Virus record (IMG/VR): IMGVR_UViG_3300031133_000383
Span: 373,044 to 437,043 of that record
From: a virus
Lineage: Duplodnaviria; Heunggongvirae; Uroviricota; Caudoviricetes
Length of the DNA stretch: 64,000 nucleotides
Strand: one strand, 5' to 3'
Shown here: positions 30,564 to 40,484 of the stretch, piece after piece
Layout: each line of letters begins with the position of its first letter
Position numbering within the stretch: position 1 is the stretch's first letter
Notes under the pieces: generated by a model
Database searches by the model: none
Told to the model about the DNA's origin: nothing
Seen by the model: only the letters and a program-made list of their open reading frames with translations
Made by a program: the position numbers and the translations under genes

Positions 30564-31433
30564 ATGAAAAAAGTATTAGCATTAAGTTTAGCATTGATAG
30601 GTGGCATGTCTTTAAACGCACAAGCAACAGAATCAGTGGACTTTTCAAAGCTTTCCGCACAAGATAAAGAAGCCATTGGACAAATTGCTAAAGAATACCT
30701 GATTGCTAATCCAGAAGTTTTGGTGGATGTTTCAAAAGCGTTACAAGCCAAAAATCAGGTTTCGCAAGAAGAACAAATAAGACAAGCTGCTAAAAAAGCA
30801 ATTGAACAAAAAGATGCCGTTCTTAACGATAAAGATACACCTTTTATTGGACCTAAAGATGCTAAAATTGCTATTGTCGAATTCTTTGACTATAATTGTG
30901 TTTACTGTTCTAAAGTGTCATCAGAATTAAAGGCCGTTATTAAGAATAATCCTGACATTAAATTTGTATTTAAAGATATGCCTATTTTTGCCTCTAGATT
31001 TCCAACTTCCAAATTAGCTGTTCAATTAGGTAATAAGGTTTATCAAGAAAAAGGAAGTATAGCTTATGTCAAATACCATGATGCAATCTATGATACTAAA
31101 CATTTTGAAGGTGAATTAACTGTAGCTGATGTTGAGAATGCCGCCAAACTTGTAGGTGTAGATCCTAAAATTGAACAAGATGCTTATCAAGAAAACATCA
31201 CCAAAAATATGAAACTTGCCTCCGATCTAGCTATTCATGGAACACCAGCGTTCATCTTTATGCCAACCAGTGGTCAAACAGATGACAATACTCTTGTTTT
31301 GATGCAGGCTATCAGTAAAGAACAAATGCAAGATATTATCAATCAGGTCAAAGAAAAGATCAATGTACCTGTTGCTGGTAATGCTGTTTCATCCGAAGTC
31401 GAAAAGACAACTACAAAAGCAGTAAAAAAATAA
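30564..31433 (+). CDS. exported DsbA/ScsC-like thiol:disulfide oxidoreductase
   Basis: Signal peptide; EFFDYNCVYC; GTPAF cis-Pro loop. Confidence 0.92.
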   Translation: MKKVLALSLALIGGMSLNAQATESVDFSKLSAQDKEAIGQIAKEYLIANPEVLVDVSKALQAKNQVSQEEQIRQAAKKAIEQKDAVLNDKDTPFIGPKDAKIAIVEFFDYNCVYCSKVSSELKAVIKNNPDIKFVFKDMPIFASRFPTSKLAVQLGNKVYQEKGSIAYVKYHDAIYDTKHFEGELTVADVENAAKLVGVDPKIEQDAYQENITKNMKLASDLAIHGTPAFIFMPTSGQTDDNTLVLMQAISKEQMQDIINQVKEKINVPVAGNAVSSEVEKTTTKAVKK

Positions 31434-31622
31434 ATCATACGACTTCACTGATTTACTATCAAGATATCACCTTTTACAATGAGTTATAGCATTGAAAAGG
31501 TGATTTGTTTTGAGTAGCTTGTGTCTTTTTTCGCAATACTCGTAAAACCATAAATTGTGATTCTTTTTGTCTTGTCTTAATTTTTTTTTATGGTATAATA
31601 ATATCAAAATTCGGAGAGCATC

Positions 31623-32006
31623 ATGTTCGCATCATTTAAAGACCTTTTTACCAAAAATAAACGTATATTGGCACTTGTTTTTCAAGATGGTACAGTACAT
31701 GTATTCACTAAACAAACTTTTGATTGGTCATCGCCAGTCGCATCGTTCGTGGATCATGATCTTTCTCTACTGGGTGTCGATGACAAAATGTCTGTTCAAT
31801 CCATGGAAGTTGATATTTATGATGATGTGATTCATTATCCTCATCAAACACTGTATTCTATTCCTTATGATGCACAAAGGAAGCCAGAACGCACATCAAT
31901 TTTGCCTGAATCCGTCTGGCTAGTTGTTTGGAACTATCTAGAAGGTGCCAAAGGGGAAATGACTCCACTGTCTCCCAACACTTTTAAGATGAAAGCTTCG
32001 GCTTGA
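31623..32006 (+). CDS. hypothetical protein
   Basis: GGAG RBS. Confidence 0.75.
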   Translation: MFASFKDLFTKNKRILALVFQDGTVHVFTKQTFDWSSPVASFVDHDLSLLGVDDKMSVQSMEVDIYDDVIHYPHQTLYSIPYDAQRKPERTSILPESVWLVVWNYLEGAKGEMTPLSPNTFKMKASA

Positions 32007-32105
32007 TAGCTTTCATTGATATTGTGTTCTGTTGGTTAAGCTAAAAAAAATGATTACCTTCTTTCTATTTTTTGATATAATTCCCTTCTAACGTAGGAGA
32101 ATGCA

Positions 32106-32618
32106 ATGCCTAACAAATATATCTGCAATCAACGTCGTTTCTTGGTTTTTTCTAAAAGCCTTGTTCATCGTGAAATGGCTGTAAAGGTGCTGGGTCGCGA
32201 TAAGTTGATTCATGGAGCAGGCTTTGTAAAACTAAGCGTCTTGGATGGTATCATTGCAGCAGATTGCTTTGGTAAAAGCGAATCATTGAATAAAGGCGTT
32301 CATCGTCATGACAATTCAAATATTCTTAAATCCATTGGTGTTATTGAAAATGATTCCAGTGTTGAAGCAAAGTATGTTATCTGGCGTCATAAAGTGGTTG
32401 TATTCTCTCCCGAGATTGCTTTTGAAAATGTTATAAAAGGCTCATTTATGGGAGCGACCGATATTGATAGTGCAGGCACTGTTAGCCTAACATTGCGTGA
32501 TGGCAAGATTGATGTAGTCTGTAAGCCAGCAGTAGAAACAGGTGTCGAAGTTGATCGCCTTGATGTTAGATCCATTTTTGATTTATTTCGAATTCCATCA
32601 GAACAACAATTCTCTTGA
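32106..32618 (+). CDS. hypothetical protein with two internal repeat domains
   Basis: KYI..LVFS..GAGFV repeated as KYV..VVFS..SAGTV. Confidence 0.75.
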   Translation: MPNKYICNQRRFLVFSKSLVHREMAVKVLGRDKLIHGAGFVKLSVLDGIIAADCFGKSESLNKGVHRHDNSNILKSIGVIENDSSVEAKYVIWRHKVVVFSPEIAFENVIKGSFMGATDIDSAGTVSLTLRDGKIDVVCKPAVETGVEVDRLDVRSIFDLFRIPSEQQFS

Positions 32619-32645
32619 TTATATAACCAGAAGGAATTTACTATT

Positions 32646-32981
32646 ATGCTTGATTTAGATTTGTCTTTTGAACAACAACGCAATCGTTTTGAACGCCATC
32701 ATAAATTGCAGTCGCCTGCATTTTCTGACTATACTCGAACCGAAACAGGCTATGCTGATCAGAACCTTGATTGTATTTTTAAAGGTTGGCAAATGGCTAT
32801 GAAAGCTCAACCTTCTGATGAAGTTACGTTATATTTTAGTGTGACTTATGGTTGGCTTTTTGAATATATTGAAACAGGTAGTGGTGTTGAATCTCCTGAT
32901 TTTGAAGGTTGTGATGGTGAGGAACAAGCTATTAATTGGGCGAAAGAGCAAGGATTGATCATCGTCAAAATAGAAAATTAA
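32646..32981 (+). CDS. hypothetical protein
   Basis: AAGGA RBS. Confidence 0.75.
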   Translation: MLDLDLSFEQQRNRFERHHKLQSPAFSDYTRTETGYADQNLDCIFKGWQMAMKAQPSDEVTLYFSVTYGWLFEYIETGSGVESPDFEGCDGEEQAINWAKEQGLIIVKIEN

Positions 32982-33124
32982 CAACTTGATAAAAAACCAG
33001 CATCTGTTGGTTTTTTTCTATCCTGTATTTAGTAAAATAACCGTATACAATTTTTAATATTTAAAACACACATATAGTTCTTTTCAGATTTTTTTTAAAA
33101 AATACGAAAATCATGAAAAAATGC

Positions 33125-33153
33125 TTGCCAAGGAAGATAGTTTTAGGTATTAT
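33125..33153 (+). promoter_or_regulatory. sigma70-like promoter of minigene array
   Basis: TTGCCA-17-TATTAT; very similar promoter at 42686. Confidence 0.75.
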
Positions 33154-33209
33154 AGACACATAAAGCGGCAAGCAAGAAACCTAATGAAAACAATGATTTA
33201 AAGTAGATA

Positions 33210-33537
33210 AAGTGCCAGAGGTGAGCTACCAATGCAGTAATCGTCTAAAATTAGAGAACTTATTTATTATTGAATTTAGAAAAAACTTTAACTCAAAAAA
33301 CCTATTAAAAATTAAGTCTAGAGGTGGCTAAAAATGTAAAACTAATCCAATATTAGATGACTACTATTAGATAAGATTATGAATTTATTAACCTTTAAAT
33401 TAAAATCAATACAAGTGCTCGGAGGTGAGCCAGACATGCAGTAATTAACTAAAATATATAACTTTAGACTAATTAAACATAGATGAAAGATGAGATAGAA
33501 AATCAAAACGGTGCGGTCTTACCAAATGACAATTTAA
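33210..33537 (+). other. array of Shine-Dalgarno + start-stop minigenes (MQ*, M*, MQ*, MTI*)
   Basis: GAGGTG(A) 7-8 nt before ATG at 33232, 33334, 33436 (102-nt period); weaker unit at 33526. Confidence 0.7.
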
Positions 33538-33571
33538 CGTCTCCCACCTAATGATTGTCAAGTGTCAAAAG

Positions 33572-33598
33572 AAAGACCTAGCGATAGGTCTTTTTTTT
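33572..33598 (+). terminator. intrinsic terminator closing minigene array
   Basis: AAAGACCTA-GCGA-TAGGTCTTTTTTTT. Confidence 0.88.
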
Positions 33599-33727
33599 AT
33601 TTAAATTTCTACATTGAAATTTTCTTTCAGAATCAGAAAATGATTGTTATCCTATTGAATTTTTGGTATTATAATCATCTTGAAGCAGCCTTTACGTAAA
33701 TCATCAACCACCAAAAGGAGACTTATT

Positions 33728-33742
33728 ATGCTAAGGTTTTAA
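33728..33742 (+). promoter_or_regulatory. 4-codon leader ORF (MLRF)
   Basis: AAGGAG RBS; equivalent uORF at 42769. Confidence 0.6.
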
Positions 33743-33762
33743 ACTTAACAAGGTAAATTCAT

Positions 33763-34092
33763 ATGAGCAAAACAGTTAGACGCAAATCAGTAAACATCAG
33801 CTTCAAAAAAGGCTACCTCTTCGATATCAGCGATGTAGCTGTTAATGGACTGGTAGATTGCCGTTGGTGTCCTTCATTCAATGGCCTGTCACTCAAAGAG
33901 GCTAATGCTAAAAAAATCAATTGGTTCCATTCCTGCAAAGGCCCAAGCGAACGCTACTGCCCCGGAAAAGGATACCGCCAAAAGTACAGGGCTAAGAGCA
34001 AACATCAACTCATCCGACAGTTGAAAGTGCTCGAAGACTACGAAGCCGTTCAAATCGACAAGGTTTGCTCGGATCATGAGTTCTGGTCATAA
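33763..34092 (+). CDS. basic phage protein, paralog of 42804
   Basis: Shared WFHSC.GPS..YCPGK.YRQ.YRAKSK. Confidence 0.88.
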   Translation: MSKTVRRKSVNISFKKGYLFDISDVAVNGLVDCRWCPSFNGLSLKEANAKKINWFHSCKGPSERYCPGKGYRQKYRAKSKHQLIRQLKVLEDYEAVQIDKVCSDHEFWS

Positions 34093-34162
34093 TTGGTAAA
34101 TTAAGCTTGTTATGGATTAGTATATGGTCTATAATGAGCTTTCCTATTTTTAGAGGTGACTT

Positions 34163-34639
34163 ATGAAAGAAGAACAATTGTCCCAAAGTCCAGTTCCAAC
34201 AGTTGGAACTAGCGTTATCTTTACAGGTCTCAATGGGTCTTTTGCTGATCGTCGCGTTATTAATGAACGTGAAGCTACTGCTGATGGCTCTCGTTTGACA
34301 GTGCGTAATGTTATTCCAACCATTAACAATGGTGTTGATCGTATTGATCTTGAATTTGAAGAAATTGAAGGTCAGCACAATTCAAACCTGTTTGTGGAGG
34401 CTGTTTATTGGTTTAAACATGTATTTCAGACTGAGCAAACGGTAGTTTTTACAGGTAAGGGGCCTTTTGCCTCTCAGATTGAGTCAGTAAAGGCACAGGG
34501 TGTAAAGCGTGGTGATGAATTAACCATTAAACGGGTTCGATCCAATAATGATTCTGTTTACCTTGAGTTCTATGAACTGGTTGACCTTCATAATGGCTTG
34601 ATGTTTTGTGATAAAAGTTTTTGGGCTAGACCTTGTTAA
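34163..34639 (+). CDS. hypothetical protein with two tandem repeats
   Basis: VIFTG..LEFEE..HNSNLF repeated as VVFTG..LEFYE..HNGLMF. Confidence 0.8.
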   Translation: MKEEQLSQSPVPTVGTSVIFTGLNGSFADRRVINEREATADGSRLTVRNVIPTINNGVDRIDLEFEEIEGQHNSNLFVEAVYWFKHVFQTEQTVVFTGKGPFASQIESVKAQGVKRGDELTIKRVRSNNDSVYLEFYELVDLHNGLMFCDKSFWARPC

Positions 34640-35194
34640 AATACTTGAAATGATTTCTTTTTATGCTATAATTACTCATACATAAATTGAAGGCATCATG
34701 ACAATGATTGTGTTGCCTAATGAGTGGAATCCATAGGAATATCAGTTTTAGCAGACCGTTTCTGTCCTATGGTTAAAAAATGGAATGTTGTTGTTCAAGT
34801 TTGCCTTTTTTCTTGTCCAACAGTTTACTATCTGGCACAATAATATTAGCCTTAAAAATCTGCAGTGATAGCATTGTATTTCAGGAGGCTATCATGTTTT
34901 TTTCAGTTATCTACTTGAATCAACAAGATTAGATGCTATACTGACTGGAAAGTTTAATGCTGGTTGTTCCACCAATCAGTACCGAACGTCAGGTCTATAT
35001 TAAATGGCAGAGTATCGCCGCCTGATCTCTTTTTTATGATGAAAGGCATCTTGGACTTCGGTTCTGGATTAAAACGGTTGGGTGAACTGGCCTTTTATCT
35101 CATTCTTCTAACCATAAGTGTCACTACTTATGGTTTTTTTATTGCTTATTTTTTTGTTTTTTGATACACTCTCATTATCTAATTTGAGGATACC

Positions 35195-35614
35195 GTGATG
35201 ACACCTAAATTGCAAATGTTGTGGGACGAACTTGAAAAATTCCTTCGTGATGAAAATCAGCGTCTTCAACAATTCAATAATCTTGAACATCAACCTCGTA
35301 AAGCTGGGGCGGGATCTCTTATTTTTAATCGTAGCCCGAAAACGCAGCTAGTTTTGGGATGGAGTCACTATGACTATAATCATTCTCAAACAACTTACAA
35401 TTTGTGTTTGCAGATTGGTTCTGCAACAAAAAATGCATTGACTAATTATGAGGCAACTCTTAAATCAATAATGTCTTTGCCATCAATTTCTCATTTTGAA
35501 AAAGTAGAACGCTTTGAGAGTGTCACACATGTTTATGATGCAGGTAAAGCTGTCAGTATCATTGCTAAATCAGAGGGTAGTAATTTTTATTGGATTGGGA
35601 TTAAACATTCATGA
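35195..35614 (+). CDS. hypothetical protein
   Basis: GAGG RBS. Confidence 0.75.
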   Translation: MMTPKLQMLWDELEKFLRDENQRLQQFNNLEHQPRKAGAGSLIFNRSPKTQLVLGWSHYDYNHSQTTYNLCLQIGSATKNALTNYEATLKSIMSLPSISHFEKVERFESVTHVYDAGKAVSIIAKSEGSNFYWIGIKHS

Positions 35615-36396
35615 TTGATTCGCTGTTTGCAAAAATTGATACCATAGAAAAGGCACAAGATCCTGCTTTTCTGTCTATACTCTTTGAAAAACTGATTTTA
35701 CTGCTTGAAACAGTCGGTTTAAATAATAATTATGAATACCACGATTTCAATTTTAAGCCTAAGAAAAAAATAGATGTAGACAAACAACGGTTTGTCATCA
35801 GTTTTCCAGAAGGCATTATTTTTGTAGGTTATCAACAATATTCAGTACAGAAATTTTCTGTTGTTCTTGGTATCAACAATAATGCTCATACTGATTTGTC
35901 CAAACTTAATTGGTCTATTCACAGTCGTAAATGTTCAATAACTGTCGCCGTAAATAACGATCTTGAATATGAAAGCATGTTTATTCATAACAGGCTTAAT
36001 TTTAGGTTGGAATCAATAAATCCGTTTGATGATTATGTTTCTTGTTTTGATGCAGAATACCATTATGATAAAAACCTTAATGTAAAAAAGAAATTTAAAT
36101 TTAGAGAAATGGAACGTTATGATGATATTAGTTTTATTTTTGAATTAACATTACCGCCTATCTTTTATACGAATAATATTCAATTTGAAAATCATTTCTT
36201 TTCTTTTATGGATGCATTTGAAAAAAATAATCCACTCTTAAAAGAGCTTTTTCCCTTTATTCCTGATTTTTCTACTATTTTACATGACCATTCTGCTTTT
36301 AATGATATGTGTTTTACTTTTGCTGAAAGATATGAAGATACACGCTCAGATTTTTTTAATAATATATTGGTGTTTGAAATGAGTACTTTTGTATGA
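35611..36396 (+). CDS. ~255-aa paralog family member
   Basis: FEK, LPPIFY, FP motifs; ends FEMSTFV. Confidence 0.85.
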   Translation: MIDSLFAKIDTIEKAQDPAFLSILFEKLILLLETVGLNNNYEYHDFNFKPKKKIDVDKQRFVISFPEGIIFVGYQQYSVQKFSVVLGINNNAHTDLSKLNWSIHSRKCSITVAVNNDLEYESMFIHNRLNFRLESINPFDDYVSCFDAEYHYDKNLNVKKKFKFREMERYDDISFIFELTLPPIFYTNNIQFENHFFSFMDAFEKNNPLLKELFPFIPDFSTILHDHSAFNDMCFTFAERYEDTRSDFFNNILVFEMSTFV

Positions 36397-37166
36397 CCAT
36401 GATTGAAGTCTTCAGTAAAATAAAAACAAAAGAAGATATTTCACCCGATGTGAAACGATTTGTTTTTGAGAAATTCTTAACATTGATGCAGGATGCTGGT
36501 TTTATTGTAGACTATTTATTTGATGACTTTAAAATGTTGTGGATCGGTTCGCTTCCATATACTTTAGGTTTTTTATGTCCATTTAAAGATGGCCTTCTTA
36601 AAATTGGCTATCATGCATTAGAACAAAATTTTAATGTTCAACTAACCATCAATCCAAAAACTAAATTATCAAAACCCCTTTTTATGATTGATGACATGTC
36701 ATCATCAAGCATTTATTTGCAAGTAGATAACGATTTTAATTTTAAATCCATTAATTTCTCTTATCGGATATGTTTTGAAGATGAAGTTGGTTCTGTAGAC
36801 TCAGACGGAGCTTTTTTAGATATTGATTACACTTATGACCATGTATCACCTCCTTTAAAAGAATTCAAAATCTGTCAATATTTTACAAGTATTGATAGTA
36901 ATGATTGTGACCATTCATTAAAGCTTCCACCCATCTTTTATAAGAATGATTTAGATTTCGATCATTTATTTTTTGACTATATCTCTAATTTTACTAAAAA
37001 AGATTCTGTATTTAATACTGTGTTTCCCAATACACCTAGCCTTTATGATGTTATAAATGATCCTGCTGTTTTACAACAATTATGCATTCAATTTTCTAAT
37101 GATTACTATGATCATTATTCTGTATTGTGTGATCGTCTATTGGTTTTAAATATGAGTAAGATTTAA
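36393..37166 (+). CDS. ~255-aa paralog family member
   Basis: LPPIFY; ends LNMSKI. Confidence 0.85.
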   Translation: MTMIEVFSKIKTKEDISPDVKRFVFEKFLTLMQDAGFIVDYLFDDFKMLWIGSLPYTLGFLCPFKDGLLKIGYHALEQNFNVQLTINPKTKLSKPLFMIDDMSSSSIYLQVDNDFNFKSINFSYRICFEDEVGSVDSDGAFLDIDYTYDHVSPPLKEFKICQYFTSIDSNDCDHSLKLPPIFYKNDLDFDHLFFDYISNFTKKDSVFNTVFPNTPSLYDVINDPAVLQQLCIQFSNDYYDHYSVLCDRLLVLNMSKI

Positions 37167-37936
37167 TGATAACAATGACACTTTCTGTTTATTTGGGAAA
37201 AATTAAAAATCAAGATGATGTCGATTTTTATACTTCCATTATTTTCGAAAAGTTCATGAAATTTATGTCATTTACAGGATCTCCACCACCTTATACCATT
37301 AATGATTTTAATATTGTTTTTGAAAGAATTAATGGTCTTTCATTTAGATTGATGTGCTCTTTTCCTGATGGTAGATTAATAATTAATTACAATGGTGGCA
37401 TGCCCACTGTTAAGCTACAATTGAGCAGTATTCCCACTAATATGAAAGAACTGTTTATTTTAGATGATATAAACAATTTATTTGTCATGCCTTATATCGG
37501 TCCTGATTTAGATTTTAACGGTATCTATCTATCATATCGGTTTATGTTTAAACTTGTAGACAATCAAAATGAAGGAGTTATTTGTTATTTTGATGTTGGT
37601 TTTGATTATTCAAAATACCTAGATTTAAATCAAATTTTTAATTTTAATGAAGTACAAGACAATAAAAAATCGACTTGTGTATATCGCTTTCAAATGCCTT
37701 CCATATTTACTGCCAGAGACTTAAAATTCAACTATACATTTCTTAAATTTTTAAAAGCCTTAGCACTTGATAAACAATCTTTTGAACTTGCATTTCCAGA
37801 ATATCCTAGATATGAAGAGTTTATGTTTGATCATACTGTTTTCAAAAAGATATGCTTAGCATTTTCAGATGACTATCAATCTGATTCTCCCACTATCTCT
37901 GATAAATTTTATTTATTTAGCATGTTAAATGTTTAG
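37166..37936 (+). CDS. ~255-aa paralog family member
   Basis: MPSIF, FPEYP; ends FSMLNV. Confidence 0.85.
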   Translation: MITMTLSVYLGKIKNQDDVDFYTSIIFEKFMKFMSFTGSPPPYTINDFNIVFERINGLSFRLMCSFPDGRLIINYNGGMPTVKLQLSSIPTNMKELFILDDINNLFVMPYIGPDLDFNGIYLSYRFMFKLVDNQNEGVICYFDVGFDYSKYLDLNQIFNFNEVQDNKKSTCVYRFQMPSIFTARDLKFNYTFLKFLKALALDKQSFELAFPEYPRYEEFMFDHTVFKKICLAFSDDYQSDSPTISDKFYLFSMLNV

Positions 37937-37989
37937 TTGTTTTTTCTATTTATTTATCATATAACCCCATTTATTTAAGGAAAGTGATA

Positions 37990-38326
37990 ATGAAAAAAAA
38001 TATTAGACAATGTTTTGATCAGTTAATGATATGTCAATATGAGTATTTATGATATGGGTGTTGCAGCCAACCTGAAATCAACTAATTTTACTTATTTGGA
38101 CTTTGCAAAAACGGATGATACTTGTTATGTTTCCTATAATTTTTTAAAATTATATATAAAACAGAATACTTTCATGCCTATTTTTCATGAGTTTCCTGAT
38201 TTTTATTCAATATATAACAATCATAAAGTTTTTGAGTCATTGTGTGTTGACTTCTATAATGATTATATAAGTTAAAAACCTCTTATTCCTGATAAAATAT
38301 TGGTTTTGTCTATGTCAACTATCTGA
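37990..38326 (+). pseudogene. degenerate fragment of the ~255-aa family
   Basis: FHEFP..CVDFYNDY, then out-of-frame DKILVLSMSTI*. Confidence 0.6.
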
Positions 38327-38397
38327 GACGTTAAATCTTGGGTTGTTACTGTTTTTGTTTTATGCTATAATTTTGTTTTAATTTTGGAGTAAATGCT

Positions 38398-38793
38398 ATG
38401 TCACTTGAAAGAACATCATCCAGTTACTCATATGAAGTCAGCATTGATCATTTTAATGCGATTGAAGCACGAGATGATATTGGTTCAAAACTGGATTGGA
38501 ATTGGTATGGCTTGATGACCTTACTTGAAAAAGCATTGGGTTTTCATAACATTGAATACAATGGTCACTTTGGTTCTGCTATCTATTTTACTGTGTATGA
38601 AGACGATCTTCAACTTACGTCGATTGTTGGTCAAGTTATCAATGATTATGCAGAGGGTGTTGATTTGGCATCTATCTTTGAATATATCAATCGTTATAAT
38701 AAACTTGAAGGCGAGCGTATGTATTTTTGTAATGCAATTGCTCAAAAAGAAATTGATGCCAATGAAGCACAAGACAATGAAAATGATGAATAA
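38398..38793 (+). CDS. hypothetical protein
   Basis: GGAG RBS. Confidence 0.8.
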   Translation: MSLERTSSSYSYEVSIDHFNAIEARDDIGSKLDWNWYGLMTLLEKALGFHNIEYNGHFGSAIYFTVYEDDLQLTSIVGQVINDYAEGVDLASIFEYINRYNKLEGERMYFCNAIAQKEIDANEAQDNENDE

Positions 38794-38836
38794 TAATATT
38801 TATTTTTAAAAAAATTGATTGATAAGGAGCAAAGAT

Positions 38837-39190
38837 ATGAAGATTAGTGAAAGTTTGATTTATGAAGTTGGCGATCCTGTTAAGTTTATGGCTAATGCAG
38901 CTATTAAGGAAGGTTATGGATATCGGGAGGGCATTGTTTATGATGGCAAAATCATTTCCCACCAAGAAGGTTATCAAACTCTTGTAGAAATTGTAGGCGA
39001 TAATGGTCAAGTAGTGAAGATAACGGTAGGCTATAGTATTTTTGAACTTGGTATGAAATCTATTACTCTGGCTCTTTCAGCGGCTGAATTGGCTGAGCGA
39101 CTTGATGCATGGATTGAGCAGGCAGTGGCAGATGAAACAACCAAATATGAAGATAGAGTGATGGAACTCAAAAGCGTTACCTTCTGGTAA
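38837..39190 (+). CDS. hypothetical protein
   Basis: AAGGAG RBS. Confidence 0.8.
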   Translation: MKISESLIYEVGDPVKFMANAAIKEGYGYREGIVYDGKIISHQEGYQTLVEIVGDNGQVVKITVGYSIFELGMKSITLALSAAELAERLDAWIEQAVADETTKYEDRVMELKSVTFW

Positions 39191-39215
39191 TCGCCTTCTT
39201 TTTTAGGAGTCTATA

Positions 39216-39989
39216 ATGAAGCAAATCATTAAGCCACAAGTTAAAATTTTCTTTGAAGAAGAATTTGGGATTTGTGTCTCTAAAATTCTTTTTGCCCGTA
39301 AACAGACTCAAATAAATCATTTTAAAGGATTCGTTTATTCAGAACTCAGTCAAAAACATGAGTTTTATGTAAATTTTGAAGACGAATGTAATTATACTAT
39401 TTCATTATATGTTAATCAAGACGATTTATTATATCATAAAGATTCTGTACAATCATTGATTTCAAACAATCTATTATTGGAAAAATTTAAAATCATTGAA
39501 GCATTAGATTTTAAGTTTAAAAATTTTTTTACTAAAGTTATAGATTGCAGTATTTTTTATAAAAAAACATTTAAAAGCAATCAATCACAAGTCACTAGAC
39601 AGCAACAATATTTCTTAATGAATTCTTTTGGTTCAAAAACTAAGCAAATAGGCCATGTCCCTGCTGCTAAAAACATGATTATTAAATTTACTGATAAAAC
39701 AATCAGTTTCAAAGATGATTTTATTAAATTCTTTCATACTAATAAAGCGTATCCACCTATGTCAGACTATAAAGGAGTAGGTTTGCAAACTTGGACATAT
39801 AATGAAGAAAATATTGATAAGGTTCTGAATCTCTTATATTATAACTTTTTCTATTATATTACTTATTATAATAGTTATAAATCTCCATTTGACTATTTGT
39901 CATTGGATGATGTTTTTCAAATGAACTATAAAGATCTTCATTATGTTTTTATAACAGAACACACTGTTAATAAAATGATTGCCATTTGA
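39216..39989 (+). CDS. hypothetical protein, C-terminal signature group
   Basis: Ends VNKMIAI. Confidence 0.8.
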   Translation: MKQIIKPQVKIFFEEEFGICVSKILFARKQTQINHFKGFVYSELSQKHEFYVNFEDECNYTISLYVNQDDLLYHKDSVQSLISNNLLLEKFKIIEALDFKFKNFFTKVIDCSIFYKKTFKSNQSQVTRQQQYFLMNSFGSKTKQIGHVPAAKNMIIKFTDKTISFKDDFIKFFHTNKAYPPMSDYKGVGLQTWTYNEENIDKVLNLLYYNFFYYITYYNSYKSPFDYLSLDDVFQMNYKDLHYVFITEHTVNKMIAI

Positions 39990-40046
39990 TTTAGATAAAA
40001 TAAAAGCCTGTTTGTTAGACAGGCTTTATTTTTTATAGAAATTGAC

Positions 40047-40358
40047 TTACTTCATAGGTAATGTAATTCGAATTTTTCGGCAACGTTGTTTATTATTTTC
40101 AATAACAGGTGCGAAAACTTCATCATGATAGCAAATACCAATTGAATCGTTGACAAATCTAGCCGTATAGATTCGATCTGCCAGCATTGCTGGTGTTACT
40201 GCCTGATAACTACCTGCTAGCGAGCCATTCAAGCTGGCAAAGCTTTCTTGCCAAAGATGCAAGCATTTGTAGGTTTGCATATCAGCATGGTTATCAAAGA
40301 GCCATTCAAGGCATTCTTGTGCAGATTTCCATTCATAATAGTCAACGTGGATACTCAT
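40047..40358 (-). CDS. hypothetical protein
   Basis: 103-aa ORF. Confidence 0.7.
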   Translation of the reverse strand: MSIHVDYYEWKSAQECLEWLFDNHADMQTYKCLHLWQESFASLNGSLAGSYQAVTPAMLADRIYTARFVNDSIGICYHDEVFAPVIENNKQRCRKIRITLPMK

Positions 40359-40484
40359 GATTTAACTCACTCGATTTAAGATTGGCTAATGATAGCACAA
40401 ATTTAGCTAGTCTTCAAATATTTTAATACTGTACTGTTTAAAAAGATTTCAATCATTTTGTATAACAACCTTAATTATTTTACA

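Noticed and set aside
33210-33537. CRISPR array or type III antitoxin (ToxI-like) repeats
   Set aside because: Repeats are degenerate with a ~100-nt period and no cas genes are present. Unit 1 (AGGTGA-GCTACC-AA-TGCAG) recalls ToxI from memory, but the GGTG/TACC pairing is lost in units 2-3 while SD-ATG-stop is kept
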